A stretch of 53,391 bases of DNA from Histomonas meleagridis 2922-C6/04-290x (taxonomy: Eukaryota; Protista; Parabasalia): contig JAANOX010000262.1 of NCBI GenBank assembly GCA_020184695.1, positions 1-53,391 on the forward strand. The letters run 5' to 3'. Each line of letters starts with the position of its first letter. Positions within the stretch are counted from its first letter, which is position 1. This document shows, in pieces, positions 1 to 11,438 of the stretch. Position numbers and translations under genes: made by a program. The notes beneath the pieces are model-generated. The model did not search any database, was not told the origin of the DNA, and worked only from the letters and a program-made list of their open reading frames with translations.

Positions 1-85
1 CAAACCATCTCTTTTTCCATGTCTTGAAAACTCCTCCAGGTTTATATGCATAACCTTGTCGAGAGACACATTCTTCGGAAGTCAT
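1..85 (-). CDS. Partial gene (5' end, runs off window): PH-domain N-terminus
   Basis: Minus strand from ATG at 85 reads MTSEECVSRQGYAYKPGGVFKTWKKRWF, matching the PH beta1-beta2 signature (G.L.K.GG..KTWKKRWF). Not in the ORF track (too short). Confidence 0.7.
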   Translation of the reverse strand, partial: MTSEECVSRQGYAYKPGGVFKTWKKRWF

Positions 86-1346
86 GAAACAATAATAAAA
101 ATTGAATACTATTCAATTGCTATCAGCTTTGTTGTTTTCATTCAAACGAAATAATCGCCGTTCAAAAATCTAAACGAATAATATTATTCAATTTGAATGA
201 TTTAACCAGACCTACTCATTCAATATTATAATCAGTTTCTGGTCTTTATTATTATGACGGTCTCGTCAAATACCAATAAACCGTCTTCAGCGTCTTTGAA
301 AAAATAATCAACGTATTTCTGACAGCAGTTACAAAAATTGGCATACGAAGTTACGTAAAGTATATAAAACTAAACGGTCAAAATATTTTGTAACTGAAAA
401 ACTGCCCTCTTAAATACAAACTGCTATTTTGAAATTGGCGCCAAACAGAAATTGAATATTTCAGAAAATGTCTTAATTTAAGACATGTTTCCAAAAGTAC
501 TTCTGAATTAGTACATTTTCCAGTCGTAGTAGAATAAGTAGAGAAAAAAATAAAAAATAAAATTAGATTTGAAATAGATTAATTTAAAAAACTTAAAAAT
601 AGCACGTATGTGTGAAGACGTAAAGGTTAAAAGTAAGTTTTTAAAACTAGTTCATTTTATTTAATAATATTAACAAATAGAATATCAGAAATAAAATGTA
701 GCAGGTCCGATTTTCTTCACAACTAGATGCGACTCCTATTGAATTAATGCAGTTCAAAATTCAGCATAAACCGCAAAATCATGCACTTTTCATGTGCTTA
801 AACTAAGGAAATTTCAACATCTAATAAATATTTTTCGTTTTTGATAATAAATTAATTGTATAATTATTAATGTAATCTATATATTCGACAGTAACATTTT
901 TTTTTAATTATATAATCGAATAAATTGATTTTAAATTTGAAAAAAATTGACCCAAAAGCTGCCTTTCTCAATTTGCACTACCAATTTTTTTTCTAATCCA
1001 TTCAAAATTCAATCGAAAAGATCGGTTAAAATTCTTATCCCCTGCAGTTATATCGTTTACCAGTTTACTAAAAGTGGCTTTATTCTCTCAATTTTGAAAA
1101 AATAATTTATTTTCTTTGGACTAACTCTACACTCACACGAATATTAGCATAAAATCATTTCTTAATTGAAAACTATACAATTTTTAAACTACAAAAAATG
1201 GAAAAGCAGTGGTTTTTTTCAGAAAGAAACCATTTTTACCTTTTTTCTTTATTTTCCCCACAAAATCGCAAAACGAAAAACAAATCATTGAACAACCAAA
1301 AACTTTAAGTAATTGATAAATTTTATTTTTTTTTATAAAAAAACAT

Positions 1347-1743
1347 TTAATTAGAAACATCACTTGATTGCTTTCCTTTATTTTTCTTCACCACAAATAT
1401 TACAATACCAACTACAATTAGTACAAAAGCTACACAATCTAATTGCAATTCCAGCAATTTCTCCACCACTTAAACCATTACTATCACCATTAATATTATT
1501 TGATGGTTCCGCTTTGTTCATAAACGAAACCCACGGCTCAAGTATTTCTCTTTGTAAACTTTCTCAGGTGTTTCTTTTGCTTCTTCCATTTGTAACGAAG
1601 TCCATATAATCCAAGTAATAGGTTCTACAACATCCGCGAGATCCCATGAAGAAATGAAAGAAATTATAATCGAAAGTGATTAAATTCTGATATCTAATTT
1701 CGAAGTAATCATTTGAATTATTTACTGCCGGAGGTGGATTTTT
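1347..1743 (-). pseudogene. Frameshifted C-terminal continuation of the DUF4838 gene (linker, TM helix, short tail)
   Basis: Successive minus-strand frames read SSWDLADVVEPITWIIWTSLQMEE, then NKAEPSNNINGDSNGLSGGEIAGIAI, then CVAFVLIVVGIVIFVVKKNKGKQSSDVSN-stop (TAA 1347-1349). This is a typical parabasalid type-I membrane anchor broken by several frameshifts. Confidence 0.6.
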
Positions 1744-4587
1744 CTATTTTCTCTGATAATAAACATTACCATTACTTGTGTAACCGAACCAAGAAACTTG
1801 TTTAGTTAAATTATCACCTTCCGATAAATCACATCTAGCATGGAAAGATATATTATATACTGTATTTAATGGAGCATATAATTGAATTACTGATTTATAT
1901 AAATATAATTGAGCTTGTGGTACTAATGAGAATTTAAGTGCTCGTCCTTGTTGTGAATTATTATCCCATGAAAGTGTTCGATGAGAAGCTAATGACCATG
2001 GAATAATTAATTCTGAGATTCTATAAGTTTTATATTTTGATCTATTCTTAGGTTTAATTGGTTCTTCATAGCCAGAAATTGTTATTGGTGTTATTTGGAA
2101 TGATGCTGTAACTTTAGATGTAGTTGAAGGTACTGATAATAATATCTTTATAGATTTTGTAGTCTTGTTAACTATAAAAGTACAAAACTCAAAATCTAAT
2201 GAAGGAAAAGTAATTTGAAGTCCTCTATTAGAATCACAATCACCAATTAATAATGTACCGCCTTTAACTTCGGATTGTTCACCTTCACCAAAGAAATCCC
2301 AATCCATATCATCTGCAATTGCTTTAGATTTCCATTCATTAGAATTAAGTTTCCAAGCAATTTTGGATGTATCATTTTCCGCTTTAATTACAAAAGTATA
2401 AACAGGTCTATTAACAGTTGTACCATCAATTGATTCATATGATGAAGTAAATGTTAAAACGTTACCTGAAACGGAATAAGTTTTAATGATTTCACGTTGT
2501 GTATTAGTTAAATTATAAGTGATTGAAGTAGATGTTTGAGATTTAATATCATATAAAGAAGGATTTGGTATAGTATTAACATTAGGACCTTCTAAATGAT
2601 AAGTATCAATACCTCCTAAATCACCATCTAAATAATTATAATTATTATATTTCAATAATCCACATCTACCAGATAAACTATCAGAAGTCATTACAATTAA
2701 AGAAGAAGTAGAAATGATTTGTCCCTTATTTGAGCTTTGCCAAAGAGGTATATATTCATTATAATGATGATCAATATCATTAGTACATTCATGTCTTCTT
2801 GGATAATTATATTTATTATCAATACAAAATTCTTTTAATAAAGAAATTGTAGATGATTCATATTCTTCTAATTGTGGTCTAATAGCACTAATATTATCAT
2901 CCCATATATAATTATGTGTTCTTGTTCTAATTTTATAAAATAAATTATCATAAACAGATATCATTGACGTTAATACATTATATACATAACGTTCATCATA
3001 TGTATCTTTTTGACATTCTTCATATGCTTTATCCCATAACCATTTATAATGAATTAAATCTTTCTCAGTAAAGAACCATGATGCAGTACTATAACAAAAT
3101 GTTAATTGTGTATTCTTGTCTGCTATTTCTTGGATTTCTTCTAGAAATTGATTAATATAAGGCGATGCTCTTCGTCCATAATAACCTGTTAAGAAATCTT
3201 TAGATAGTTCTGTTTGATTTCGATTATTATTCCATGCATTTTTGGATAATAAATAAAGTTTATATTCAACCATGAATTGATGATAATATGGTGTGATAAT
3301 TCCATTTTCACGATACCATGGAATTTCATCAACTGCCATATAACCAACAATCCCTTTGTTTTGATAATAATTAATATTACCTAAAATAGCTCCAAACATT
3401 GGATATACCCAAAGTCGTTGATTAATATTTGATGAATATTCCCATACCATTACATTAGGAGTAAGTGTTTTCCAATTATCAAAATCGGTTTTCGCAAGTT
3501 GATTTTGTTCATGTGATTCTGTATCTATAGGATGTGAATAATCTAATTCTAATGGTGCAAATCGTACATGTAAATTCTTATGTGGAGTTATACCGTTCGT
3601 AGGTGGAGCTCTAGAACACAAATATGCAATTATTCGTAACAATTGATTTGGATATTTTTCTGATGCATATTCAAGAATTCGATTACCAACTTCAACATAA
3701 ATTCCTGCTAATGTACCATATTGTTCTATCTTCTTTAAACATGATTCACAATGACAATATTCCCCACTATCATCTTGTTCAATATCAATATAATATGGTG
3801 GATTAGTTTGACTTGCCACTGACATGAAATAATCTCGAAGTGCTATAAAGCTTTGTTCATTAGACCAACAAATCGCTTTCCAAAAACGACTTCCATCCGA
3901 AAGAAGAGCCCAACATTCAGGATGCGTTTCAAGTGTAAGTCCTGCTTCTCGTAAAACTTGTGTAACATATTTCTCAGTTCCTTGTGAAAGCTTTTTTCCA
4001 TGTTTATCGCCAACTGCTGTTTGACCAGCATTTGCACGAATACGATTAGCATAATCACCATTGATAAAATAGGTTTCTGAAAAGAGGTATTCGCGGAAAT
4101 AGGTTTTACCTTCATCAGAATATTTTAATGAATCTGATAATTCAAATTTATCAACTTTTTGTGCAACTGTCATCCATGAGGCATAGAAACGGACATTGAA
4201 ATAGCGTTCAAATAAATCGAAAATACCATATAAAGTTCCACGAGTACCTCCTTTGATAAATAATTTATTATCGATAACTGCGATTTCAAAAAAGTCTCTT
4301 GTTTCATCGGAAATGCTTTGCTTAAAATAGTTACGGGATACTTCAGAATCATAAAGAAATATGGATTTGTCAGGAATGGTTCCATTGAAGACCTTTTCAT
4401 CATACCATTTTAATGTACAACCTGTGGTTTTGTTAAACAAGTCAACAAACTGTTCGCCTGCATATTGGATCCAAGGTTTTGATGATGTAACTGTTGGAAG
4501 AATGATTGGTATATCTTCACATCCTGTTTCTTTATCATAAAAAACAACAGATCTTATTGGCAAAATGAGAAAATGTAGAAAGATCAT
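1744..4587 (-). CDS. DUF4838-like protein (bacterial-type putative glycoside hydrolase) with signal peptide
   Basis: 947 aa ORF. Hydrophobic N-terminus MIFLHFLIL; GH20/GH67-like N-domain (LFIKGGTRGTLYGIFDLFERYF); DUF4838-type motifs HPECWAL, ICWSN, DDSGEYCHCESC, IAYLCSRAPP, WKTLTPNVMVWEY. Confidence 0.75.
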   Translation of the reverse strand: MIFLHFLILPIRSVVFYDKETGCEDIPIILPTVTSSKPWIQYAGEQFVDLFNKTTGCTLKWYDEKVFNGTIPDKSIFLYDSEVSRNYFKQSISDETRDFFEIAVIDNKLFIKGGTRGTLYGIFDLFERYFNVRFYASWMTVAQKVDKFELSDSLKYSDEGKTYFREYLFSETYFINGDYANRIRANAGQTAVGDKHGKKLSQGTEKYVTQVLREAGLTLETHPECWALLSDGSRFWKAICWSNEQSFIALRDYFMSVASQTNPPYYIDIEQDDSGEYCHCESCLKKIEQYGTLAGIYVEVGNRILEYASEKYPNQLLRIIAYLCSRAPPTNGITPHKNLHVRFAPLELDYSHPIDTESHEQNQLAKTDFDNWKTLTPNVMVWEYSSNINQRLWVYPMFGAILGNINYYQNKGIVGYMAVDEIPWYRENGIITPYYHQFMVEYKLYLLSKNAWNNNRNQTELSKDFLTGYYGRRASPYINQFLEEIQEIADKNTQLTFCYSTASWFFTEKDLIHYKWLWDKAYEECQKDTYDERYVYNVLTSMISVYDNLFYKIRTRTHNYIWDDNISAIRPQLEEYESSTISLLKEFCIDNKYNYPRRHECTNDIDHHYNEYIPLWQSSNKGQIISTSSLIVMTSDSLSGRCGLLKYNNYNYLDGDLGGIDTYHLEGPNVNTIPNPSLYDIKSQTSTSITYNLTNTQREIIKTYSVSGNVLTFTSSYESIDGTTVNRPVYTFVIKAENDTSKIAWKLNSNEWKSKAIADDMDWDFFGEGEQSEVKGGTLLIGDCDSNRGLQITFPSLDFEFCTFIVNKTTKSIKILLSVPSTTSKVTASFQITPITISGYEEPIKPKNRSKYKTYRISELIIPWSLASHRTLSWDNNSQQGRALKFSLVPQAQLYLYKSVIQLYAPLNTVYNISFHARCDLSEGDNLTKQVSWFGYTSNGNVYYQRK

Positions 4588-5527
4588 GCAAGCAAAGCTA
4601 AAAAAATGGAGTTAGTCCGAAAAACTAGTTTGAACGAAGCATTTGATTTTGACCACTTTACATTTTTGCCCTCACAAAATATTTCTTATGGAAAAGAGGT
4701 TTATATCAAATTTCTGAACTTACAGCAACTGTGAACTAAACAAAATTTTTAAAACACAACTGTGAAACTTTGATTTCAAACGTTCGACAACCCCGAAAAT
4801 TTTAACTTTTTGTACATTAATAATCATCGTTGCAACGATTTGTTTCGAGTGAATCGTCTTACAAAAAGTTTTATCGTTTCCATTGAGGTGGTTGCTACAA
4901 CAAGGATTCTCAAATTACATCAGAAGAATAAACTTTGGTTTACTTATATGAAAGACGCTTTTGCTATCTTTTATATTCGTAACATAAAATTTATTAAATA
5001 GGTAAATTAGATTATTAATATAATTGATTTAAATTGTATCTTATTCAGATGCACCATGGTAATTTGGTTTGAGGGAAATTGGTATCTTGACGAATTTATA
5101 ATCGTTTTGTTTATTATAGTTATGAAAAATAAAAAAAAAATTATGAACAATGTATTAGTAAATTGATTCATTACTAATATAAATTTATATGAATTTAATA
5201 TTAAATACAAACTTGAGCTCTGATTTGTTGATTAAAATTTGTTTGAAAACAAAATAATAATTTGAAAATTTGATATATTATATGCTTAAGCATTGCAAAA
5301 ATTCTTCGAAATTGTAAAATACGAAAATCAAAATGAATTAAATATGTTGTATATTCAATATAATCAAAATGATCAAACTTAAAATCACCAAAAAAAGGTG
5401 GCAGTTTATTTAGTGACTTTGGAATAAAATAACCGTTGTTTATCATTTGGAGACACATTGGACGTTAAGAAACCTATTATTGTATTCTGAACATACTTTG
5501 TGAAAAACAGCCAAAATAGCGCCATAA

Positions 5528-8464
5528 ATGGATTCGACTGCAAATGGAGAACCAAGGGATATTTTAAATATTTCCTCATCTCCGAGAAAAGAAGAAAGGT
5601 CCAATGATGAAATTGATGAACTAAGAAAGCAGTATTATGAAGATACAATGATAATTCACGATCAACTTGAATCAATTTGTCAAAAAAATACAAAACTTTC
5701 AGCAGATCTAAGGAAAGTTTCTAGTGAACGAGATGAGCTCCACGATAGGCTTGAATTTAATATACATTTGCTGGAAGAATTAAAAAGATCTTCAGAAAAA
5801 GAAAAAAAGGATCTACAGACACAAATTCGCGAAGAAAAAGAAAAATTCAAGCAAAAAATTGAAAGTAAAAATGATGAATACACAAAGCAAATTTCGGAAT
5901 ATCAAAATCAAATTGATCAAAACAATAAAATAATTTCAAATCAAAAAAATGAATGCAAAGAACTACAGAATTCAATCAACAACATCTTGTTAAAAGCACA
6001 AGAACATTTTCAATTTCCTTTTAATAATGCAAATTCTCTAATTTCATTTCTCCAAAAAGCAAAGAAAAAAGAAGCACCTGAACCTACATCACCAACTCCA
6101 CAAGAAACAGACAAATACAAAACAGGCTTTAAAAAACTTAAGCAAAAATTTCTTAATCTTAAACAAAAGTATAACGATCTTAAACAAACAAAACAAGAAA
6201 ACGAAAAAGAAATAACAGAATTAAAAGCCAAAAATTTAGAATATTTAGATCATCTTTCACATCTTCAAGAATCTACCGAAAAAACCCAATTTCAAAATCA
6301 ACAAGAATACCAAAAGCAACTTTCAGCAATTGAGCGTATGTATGAAACTGAAAAAGAACATGTTAAAGATCTTCAAGATAAGCTTGAACAAGCAAATGAC
6401 CAAATTCTTAATGAAAAGAATAACAAACAAAACAACGATGAAATAAATTTATATAAGCAAAAATTAAATGAATTAAAATTAACTTTAAACACATTACAAG
6501 CAAATAATAACTCTTTAAACGAAGAATTATTAAACAAGCACAACAAATATAAAACAAGAATTAAGGAGAAAAATCAAGAAAATAAAAAACTTAAAAATGA
6601 TAATTTACAATTACGAAATGAAAACGAAATTTTGAAACTTGAAATCGAAAAAGAAAATGAAAAAGAAAAAAATTATTTATCACAAATCAAGTCTTCAAAA
6701 ATAACAAACGATCAATATAATTTAACTATTTCTGAAGATCAACATAAAATATCCAAATATCAAAAATCAATTGAATTACTCGAATCTTCATTTAATAAGC
6801 AAGCTGAAGAACTTTCTAAAACAATGAAAGAAAGATCATTTTTAATCGAAGCAATACAAAAATTAGGAAATTCACTTAAATGTTTTGAAGATATTTGTTT
6901 CCAACAAAAATCAGTATTAAAGAAACAACAAAAAGAAATTGAAACGCAAAGAAAAACAATTTCACAAATGGAATATGAAAAAGTTATAACTCCAAATCCA
7001 ATAGCTTCTGCTTTATGTAGTGAATTTCCTAAAGAACTTCGGAATTTAATTGCTTCAATTTCAAATGAAGAAAAGGAAATAAATCCGAAACAGATAATGG
7101 AAATAATTGGAAAATATTATAATCAACAAATCAATGATATTAAAAAGTTAAACAGAATGAATTTAGATGAAAAAGAAAAAATTCTTCAAAAAATCGAAAG
7201 TTTATTAAATACTTTATCAACAATTTTACAAGATATAACAATAACAAAAGAAGCATTTTTGAATGATCCAACATTTGAAGCGAATTTAATTAATAAAATT
7301 TCTAATTTAATTGAGTCTAAAATTAAATTAACTACAAATAACCAAAAACTTAATAATGATATCAAAACAATTGAAGATAAATTTAAAGTTAATAATTTCC
7401 CAGATTTAATTTCTATGATAGAAAATAAATTAAATGAAATCGAAACACTTAAGAAAAATAATGAAAAATTACAAATTAAAGCTAAAAAGATTAAAAAGTC
7501 AAATTCAAATTCTTTGCTTGAAAATGAACAGCAAAATATTTTAGTCCAAGATTACCAAGAAAGATTAAATAGAATTGAAAAAGAAAATTTCGAATTAAAA
7601 AAGAAATCACAACAATTACAGCAACAAAATTCACAAATGCAAACAAAATATATATCACAAATATCAGAAATTGAAGAAGATAATTCAAATTTACGTAAAC
7701 AAATCGAATTATTACAAAATGATTATAATAAACAAATGCAATTAAAAGGAAAACAAATTGATGAATGTAATCAACAACAAAATAAACTTGAAATCGAATT
7801 ACAAAAATGGAAATATACATCAGAATGTTTAAGTAAAATCAAAAGTGATAATGCTAAAAAGATTAAATCATTAGAAGAACAAATCAATAAATATAAAAAA
7901 TTAAATGAAAAACAAATAAAAGATGAAAATATAATGAAAGAAGAAAAGTATCAACAAATTGTCGATAAATTTAAAGAGCAAAACAATGAATTAAGAGATT
8001 TATTGCAAAATACAACAAATTCATTAAATGAAAGTAACCTTAAAAACAAAGAAATAATTGAAATTAATGCAAATCTTTCAAAGGAGAATCAAAAATTAGA
8101 AGCAAAAATGAACCTTTTAAAAGAAGAAACTAAACGCGAAATACAAATCACAAGTTCTAAAATGAGAGCGATTCAATTATCAACAACAGCTAAATTCCAA
8201 ATGGAACTTGATGAAATGAAAACGAATTTTGCAAACGAAAAAAGGAAAATTTATTCATTTTTTGCGAAGAACTTTAGTTATATGTTTGATCCGAATAATA
8301 AATTAAATGAAGAAAATTATAAAATTTGTGTAACTAAAGGAGCACAAGAATTACAACGTTTATTAAAACAAGAACAAGCGATTAGACATATGTTAGGAAT
8401 AAGTCAAATTGATTCAATAGAAAAGGAAATATCACGAATTTTAATGGAACAATTAGAAATTTAG
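5528..8464 (+). CDS. Long coiled-coil protein, function unknown
   Basis: 978 aa intact ORF, K/E/N/Q/L-rich heptad composition. Confidence 0.85.
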   Translation: MDSTANGEPRDILNISSSPRKEERSNDEIDELRKQYYEDTMIIHDQLESICQKNTKLSADLRKVSSERDELHDRLEFNIHLLEELKRSSEKEKKDLQTQIREEKEKFKQKIESKNDEYTKQISEYQNQIDQNNKIISNQKNECKELQNSINNILLKAQEHFQFPFNNANSLISFLQKAKKKEAPEPTSPTPQETDKYKTGFKKLKQKFLNLKQKYNDLKQTKQENEKEITELKAKNLEYLDHLSHLQESTEKTQFQNQQEYQKQLSAIERMYETEKEHVKDLQDKLEQANDQILNEKNNKQNNDEINLYKQKLNELKLTLNTLQANNNSLNEELLNKHNKYKTRIKEKNQENKKLKNDNLQLRNENEILKLEIEKENEKEKNYLSQIKSSKITNDQYNLTISEDQHKISKYQKSIELLESSFNKQAEELSKTMKERSFLIEAIQKLGNSLKCFEDICFQQKSVLKKQQKEIETQRKTISQMEYEKVITPNPIASALCSEFPKELRNLIASISNEEKEINPKQIMEIIGKYYNQQINDIKKLNRMNLDEKEKILQKIESLLNTLSTILQDITITKEAFLNDPTFEANLINKISNLIESKIKLTTNNQKLNNDIKTIEDKFKVNNFPDLISMIENKLNEIETLKKNNEKLQIKAKKIKKSNSNSLLENEQQNILVQDYQERLNRIEKENFELKKKSQQLQQQNSQMQTKYISQISEIEEDNSNLRKQIELLQNDYNKQMQLKGKQIDECNQQQNKLEIELQKWKYTSECLSKIKSDNAKKIKSLEEQINKYKKLNEKQIKDENIMKEEKYQQIVDKFKEQNNELRDLLQNTTNSLNESNLKNKEIIEINANLSKENQKLEAKMNLLKEETKREIQITSSKMRAIQLSTTAKFQMELDEMKTNFANEKRKIYSFFAKNFSYMFDPNNKLNEENYKICVTKGAQELQRLLKQEQAIRHMLGISQIDSIEKEISRILMEQLEI

Positions 8465-8519
8465 AAATGGATTAATTTGTATCATGAAAAACGAAAAATA
8501 AATAAAAAATTGTTTAAAA

Positions 8520-10955
8520 TTTAAAGATATCAATTAAATCAAAATGAGTCAATTTTGAGTATTTATCAAAAATATACCTAAAAAAATTGTGTTTGGTTTT
8601 GAAAAATATATATCAGGAACAAATTAAATCTGCACAATGAGTAAAGAGAAATGGAAAGTATGGTTGGCAGTTTTCATTTTGGTCAATAGAAAAGTGACAT
8701 ATTCAACAACAATTTGTTCCAGTTTTTCAGAAGAGAAAAAAGTCAACAACTTTGGATAAAAATTGATGCGAAGCAAAGATATTCTTCAAATCGTGATAAT
8801 TGTGTTTGCTATGAATACAATTGATTATCAAACAATTTGGAATAAGCAATTAATGATTAAAGTAAAACATCAAAATCATTTTCAATTTTGTAACAAATTA
8901 ATAAATATTCATCCACAAAACAAAATCAAATATTTTTCCATAAAAGAAGAGAAGAGTTTTCGTAATTCAATAAAATTATTCTTTCATATCAAAGCACTAA
9001 ATAAAGATTTATACAACAAAATATTCTATCATTCTTTAAATATCTTTAAGTTCATTGTTTATATTATAGAATTTATTTTAAATATTGAAAAATCAGAATA
9101 TTCTATTTTATTAATATTTACAATTTTATTTTTCAATTTTAAAATCAATAATTTTTCTAATAAAAATAAAGGAAATATTTCATTTTTAATTTTAATCTTT
9201 TTTGTTAGTACATTTCAAACATATGATGATACAACACAAACACTTACAATCACTCAAACGAGTGAATTTACAGATGATTATAAAAATATAACCAAACATG
9301 TTATAATTAAAGAAGTTGAAGAAATTAAAGAAAAAGCATTTTATGAATGGAATGAATTATCATCAGCACAAATTGGAGATTCAGTCAAAACAATTTTAGA
9401 TGAAGCATTTTGTTCATGTTATAATTTAGAAAACATTGAATTGGGATCAAATTTGGAAATAATATCTAATGGTGCATTTGTTTCGTGTAATAAATTAAAA
9501 ATCATAAAATTAGGATCAAAATTGAGAACGATATCTGATACTGCATTTGGTTTATGCAATTCATTAATCAATATCACGATACCGAAATCAGTTATAACAT
9601 TTGGAAATAATGTATTTATCTCATGTGAAAATCTTGAAACAGTCATTTTTGAAGAAGGATTAACGATAATTGGACCTCTTATGTTTCAAAGTTGTAATCA
9701 ATTAAAATATATTAATATTCCAAGTTCTATTTCAACGATAGGTGTAAATCCATTTAATAAATGTGAAAATCTTCAATTTATTAAAGTTTCAAATGAAAAT
9801 TTATATTTTTGTAATTATTATAATGATGGAATTTTATATGATAAAAATATAACGAAATTAATTTCATATCCGATTGGAAATTCAACACGAACATTTCATA
9901 TTCCAATTTCTATCACTTCTATTGAAGGATATTCATTTGAATTATGTCCATATCTTGAAACGATATTTATTGGTGAAAAAGTTCGAACAATTGATATTTA
10001 TGCATTTAGATTATGTTCATCACTTCAATGTATTTATTATTATGGAGAAACACCACCAACGATACCAGAAAATCGATTTCACGATCCATTTGATAAAGTT
10101 TTAGCCACGACAGTTATGACTAAAGAAACATATTCAAGTGACACATTTGCATATTTAAATGTAACGAAAGGGACAACGAATGACGAGTGTCTTCCATGGC
10201 CAACACAAACATTTTCTAGTTCAAATACATATTCTAATATATTTACTCAAAGTAACACTTATATACAATCAAATACATTTTCAAATACAAATTCGTTTTC
10301 TCAGAGTAACACTTATACACAATCAAATTCATTTACAAATTCTAAATCAAATAAAATCTCTAAATCGAACAAATTTACTAAATCAAATACATTTACATAT
10401 ATTGATTCAGATTTAACATTCACGTATACTTATACTTTAACATATTCATTAACATTTACAAAAACATTATCATATTATTTAACATTTATCAAATCATATT
10501 CCATTACAAATACTGAATCAGAATATCGATATATTTATACAGAAATTATTTATTATAATTATACAATTATCATTTATTCGACTTATTATGAATATTATTC
10601 CAATTTTTATTCAATATATTATTCTAATGAAAATATGAATGAAGATAACAATAACGATAATAACGAATTAATAATTATTGTAATTGTTTGTATTATCATA
10701 ATTATTCTGATTGTTATAACATTACTTGTTGTAATATTAAAAAGAAATCAAATACGAAAAATGAAACAAGAAGAAGAAGAAGAATATACAGAAGAAGGAA
10801 ACACGAATATATTATCGATAGGGATTGGAATGTCACATATTGAAGAAGATCCATTTGCGAAAGATTTTAAAGAAAATGAATTCAATTCACAAATATAATT
10901 ATTTATTTTAATGTTATTGATAAATTTTTACATTTATTCCAACAAATCATATAAT
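8520..10955 (+). repeat. ~2.4 kb segmental duplication, copy A (direct repeat of 15725-18155)
   Basis: Both copies start TTTAAAGATATCAATTAAATC and end CAACAAATCATATAAT; near-identical by eye apart from substitutions and two larger indels in the 5' flank. Confidence 0.95.
9177..10898 (+). CDS. BspA-like TpLRR surface protein, copy 1 (no ATG at the signal-peptide position; ORF open upstream to 8763)
   Basis: Repeats of L..I.LG..L..I...AF..C; SNTFT-type stalk; TM helix LIIIVIVCIIIIILIVITLLVVIL; tail EEDPFAKDFKENEF. Start placed at the ATT of ISFLILIFFV (inferred). Confidence 0.8.
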   Translation: MSFLILIFFVSTFQTYDDTTQTLTITQTSEFTDDYKNITKHVIIKEVEEIKEKAFYEWNELSSAQIGDSVKTILDEAFCSCYNLENIELGSNLEIISNGAFVSCNKLKIIKLGSKLRTISDTAFGLCNSLINITIPKSVITFGNNVFISCENLETVIFEEGLTIIGPLMFQSCNQLKYINIPSSISTIGVNPFNKCENLQFIKVSNENLYFCNYYNDGILYDKNITKLISYPIGNSTRTFHIPISITSIEGYSFELCPYLETIFIGEKVRTIDIYAFRLCSSLQCIYYYGETPPTIPENRFHDPFDKVLATTVMTKETYSSDTFAYLNVTKGTTNDECLPWPTQTFSSSNTYSNIFTQSNTYIQSNTFSNTNSFSQSNTYTQSNSFTNSKSNKISKSNKFTKSNTFTYIDSDLTFTYTYTLTYSLTFTKTLSYYLTFIKSYSITNTESEYRYIYTEIIYYNYTIIIYSTYYEYYSNFYSIYYSNENMNEDNNNDNNELIIIVIVCIIIIILIVITLLVVILKRNQIRKMKQEEEEEYTEEGNTNILSIGIGMSHIEEDPFAKDFKENEFNSQI

Positions 10956-11438
10956 TAATCAACTATATTAATTATAAAAATATACAACAACCAAATAAAT
11001 TCAATAATAATTTTACATATGGATGAAATTATGAATGATGAAGAATGGATTTGGATCAAACAATTAATGAAAATTATATTTGAATATCAAACATAGTCAA
11101 ATCAAACAACATTTTTATATAAATATTTAAATATATTATTAAAACTTTTAATATATATCATCAAACAATTGAAACACTTAATAATCTTAAACTTGAATAA
11201 CTTAACTTTTTTAAATAAAATTAAAACAACATTAATTTACATATAACAGTGGAAAATATATTTGAGGACATGACTTTAACTTTATTATATCGATTTTACA
11301 TATGTAAATCATAAACTATATCATTTAATATCATAAAATTGTGAAAATAACCAAATTACCAATGCTTTACAAAAAATAAAAAAATTAACAAATAGAATTT
11401 TATAAAATTTTTCTGCTGTAAAAAATAATAATTTGCTC

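Noticed and set aside
8640-9060. Possible Mutator-type transposase relic upstream of the BspA copies (also 15400-15730)
   Set aside because: Only vague W/YST/ES resemblances, with no terminal inverted repeats or target-site duplication; cannot be supported without a profile search.
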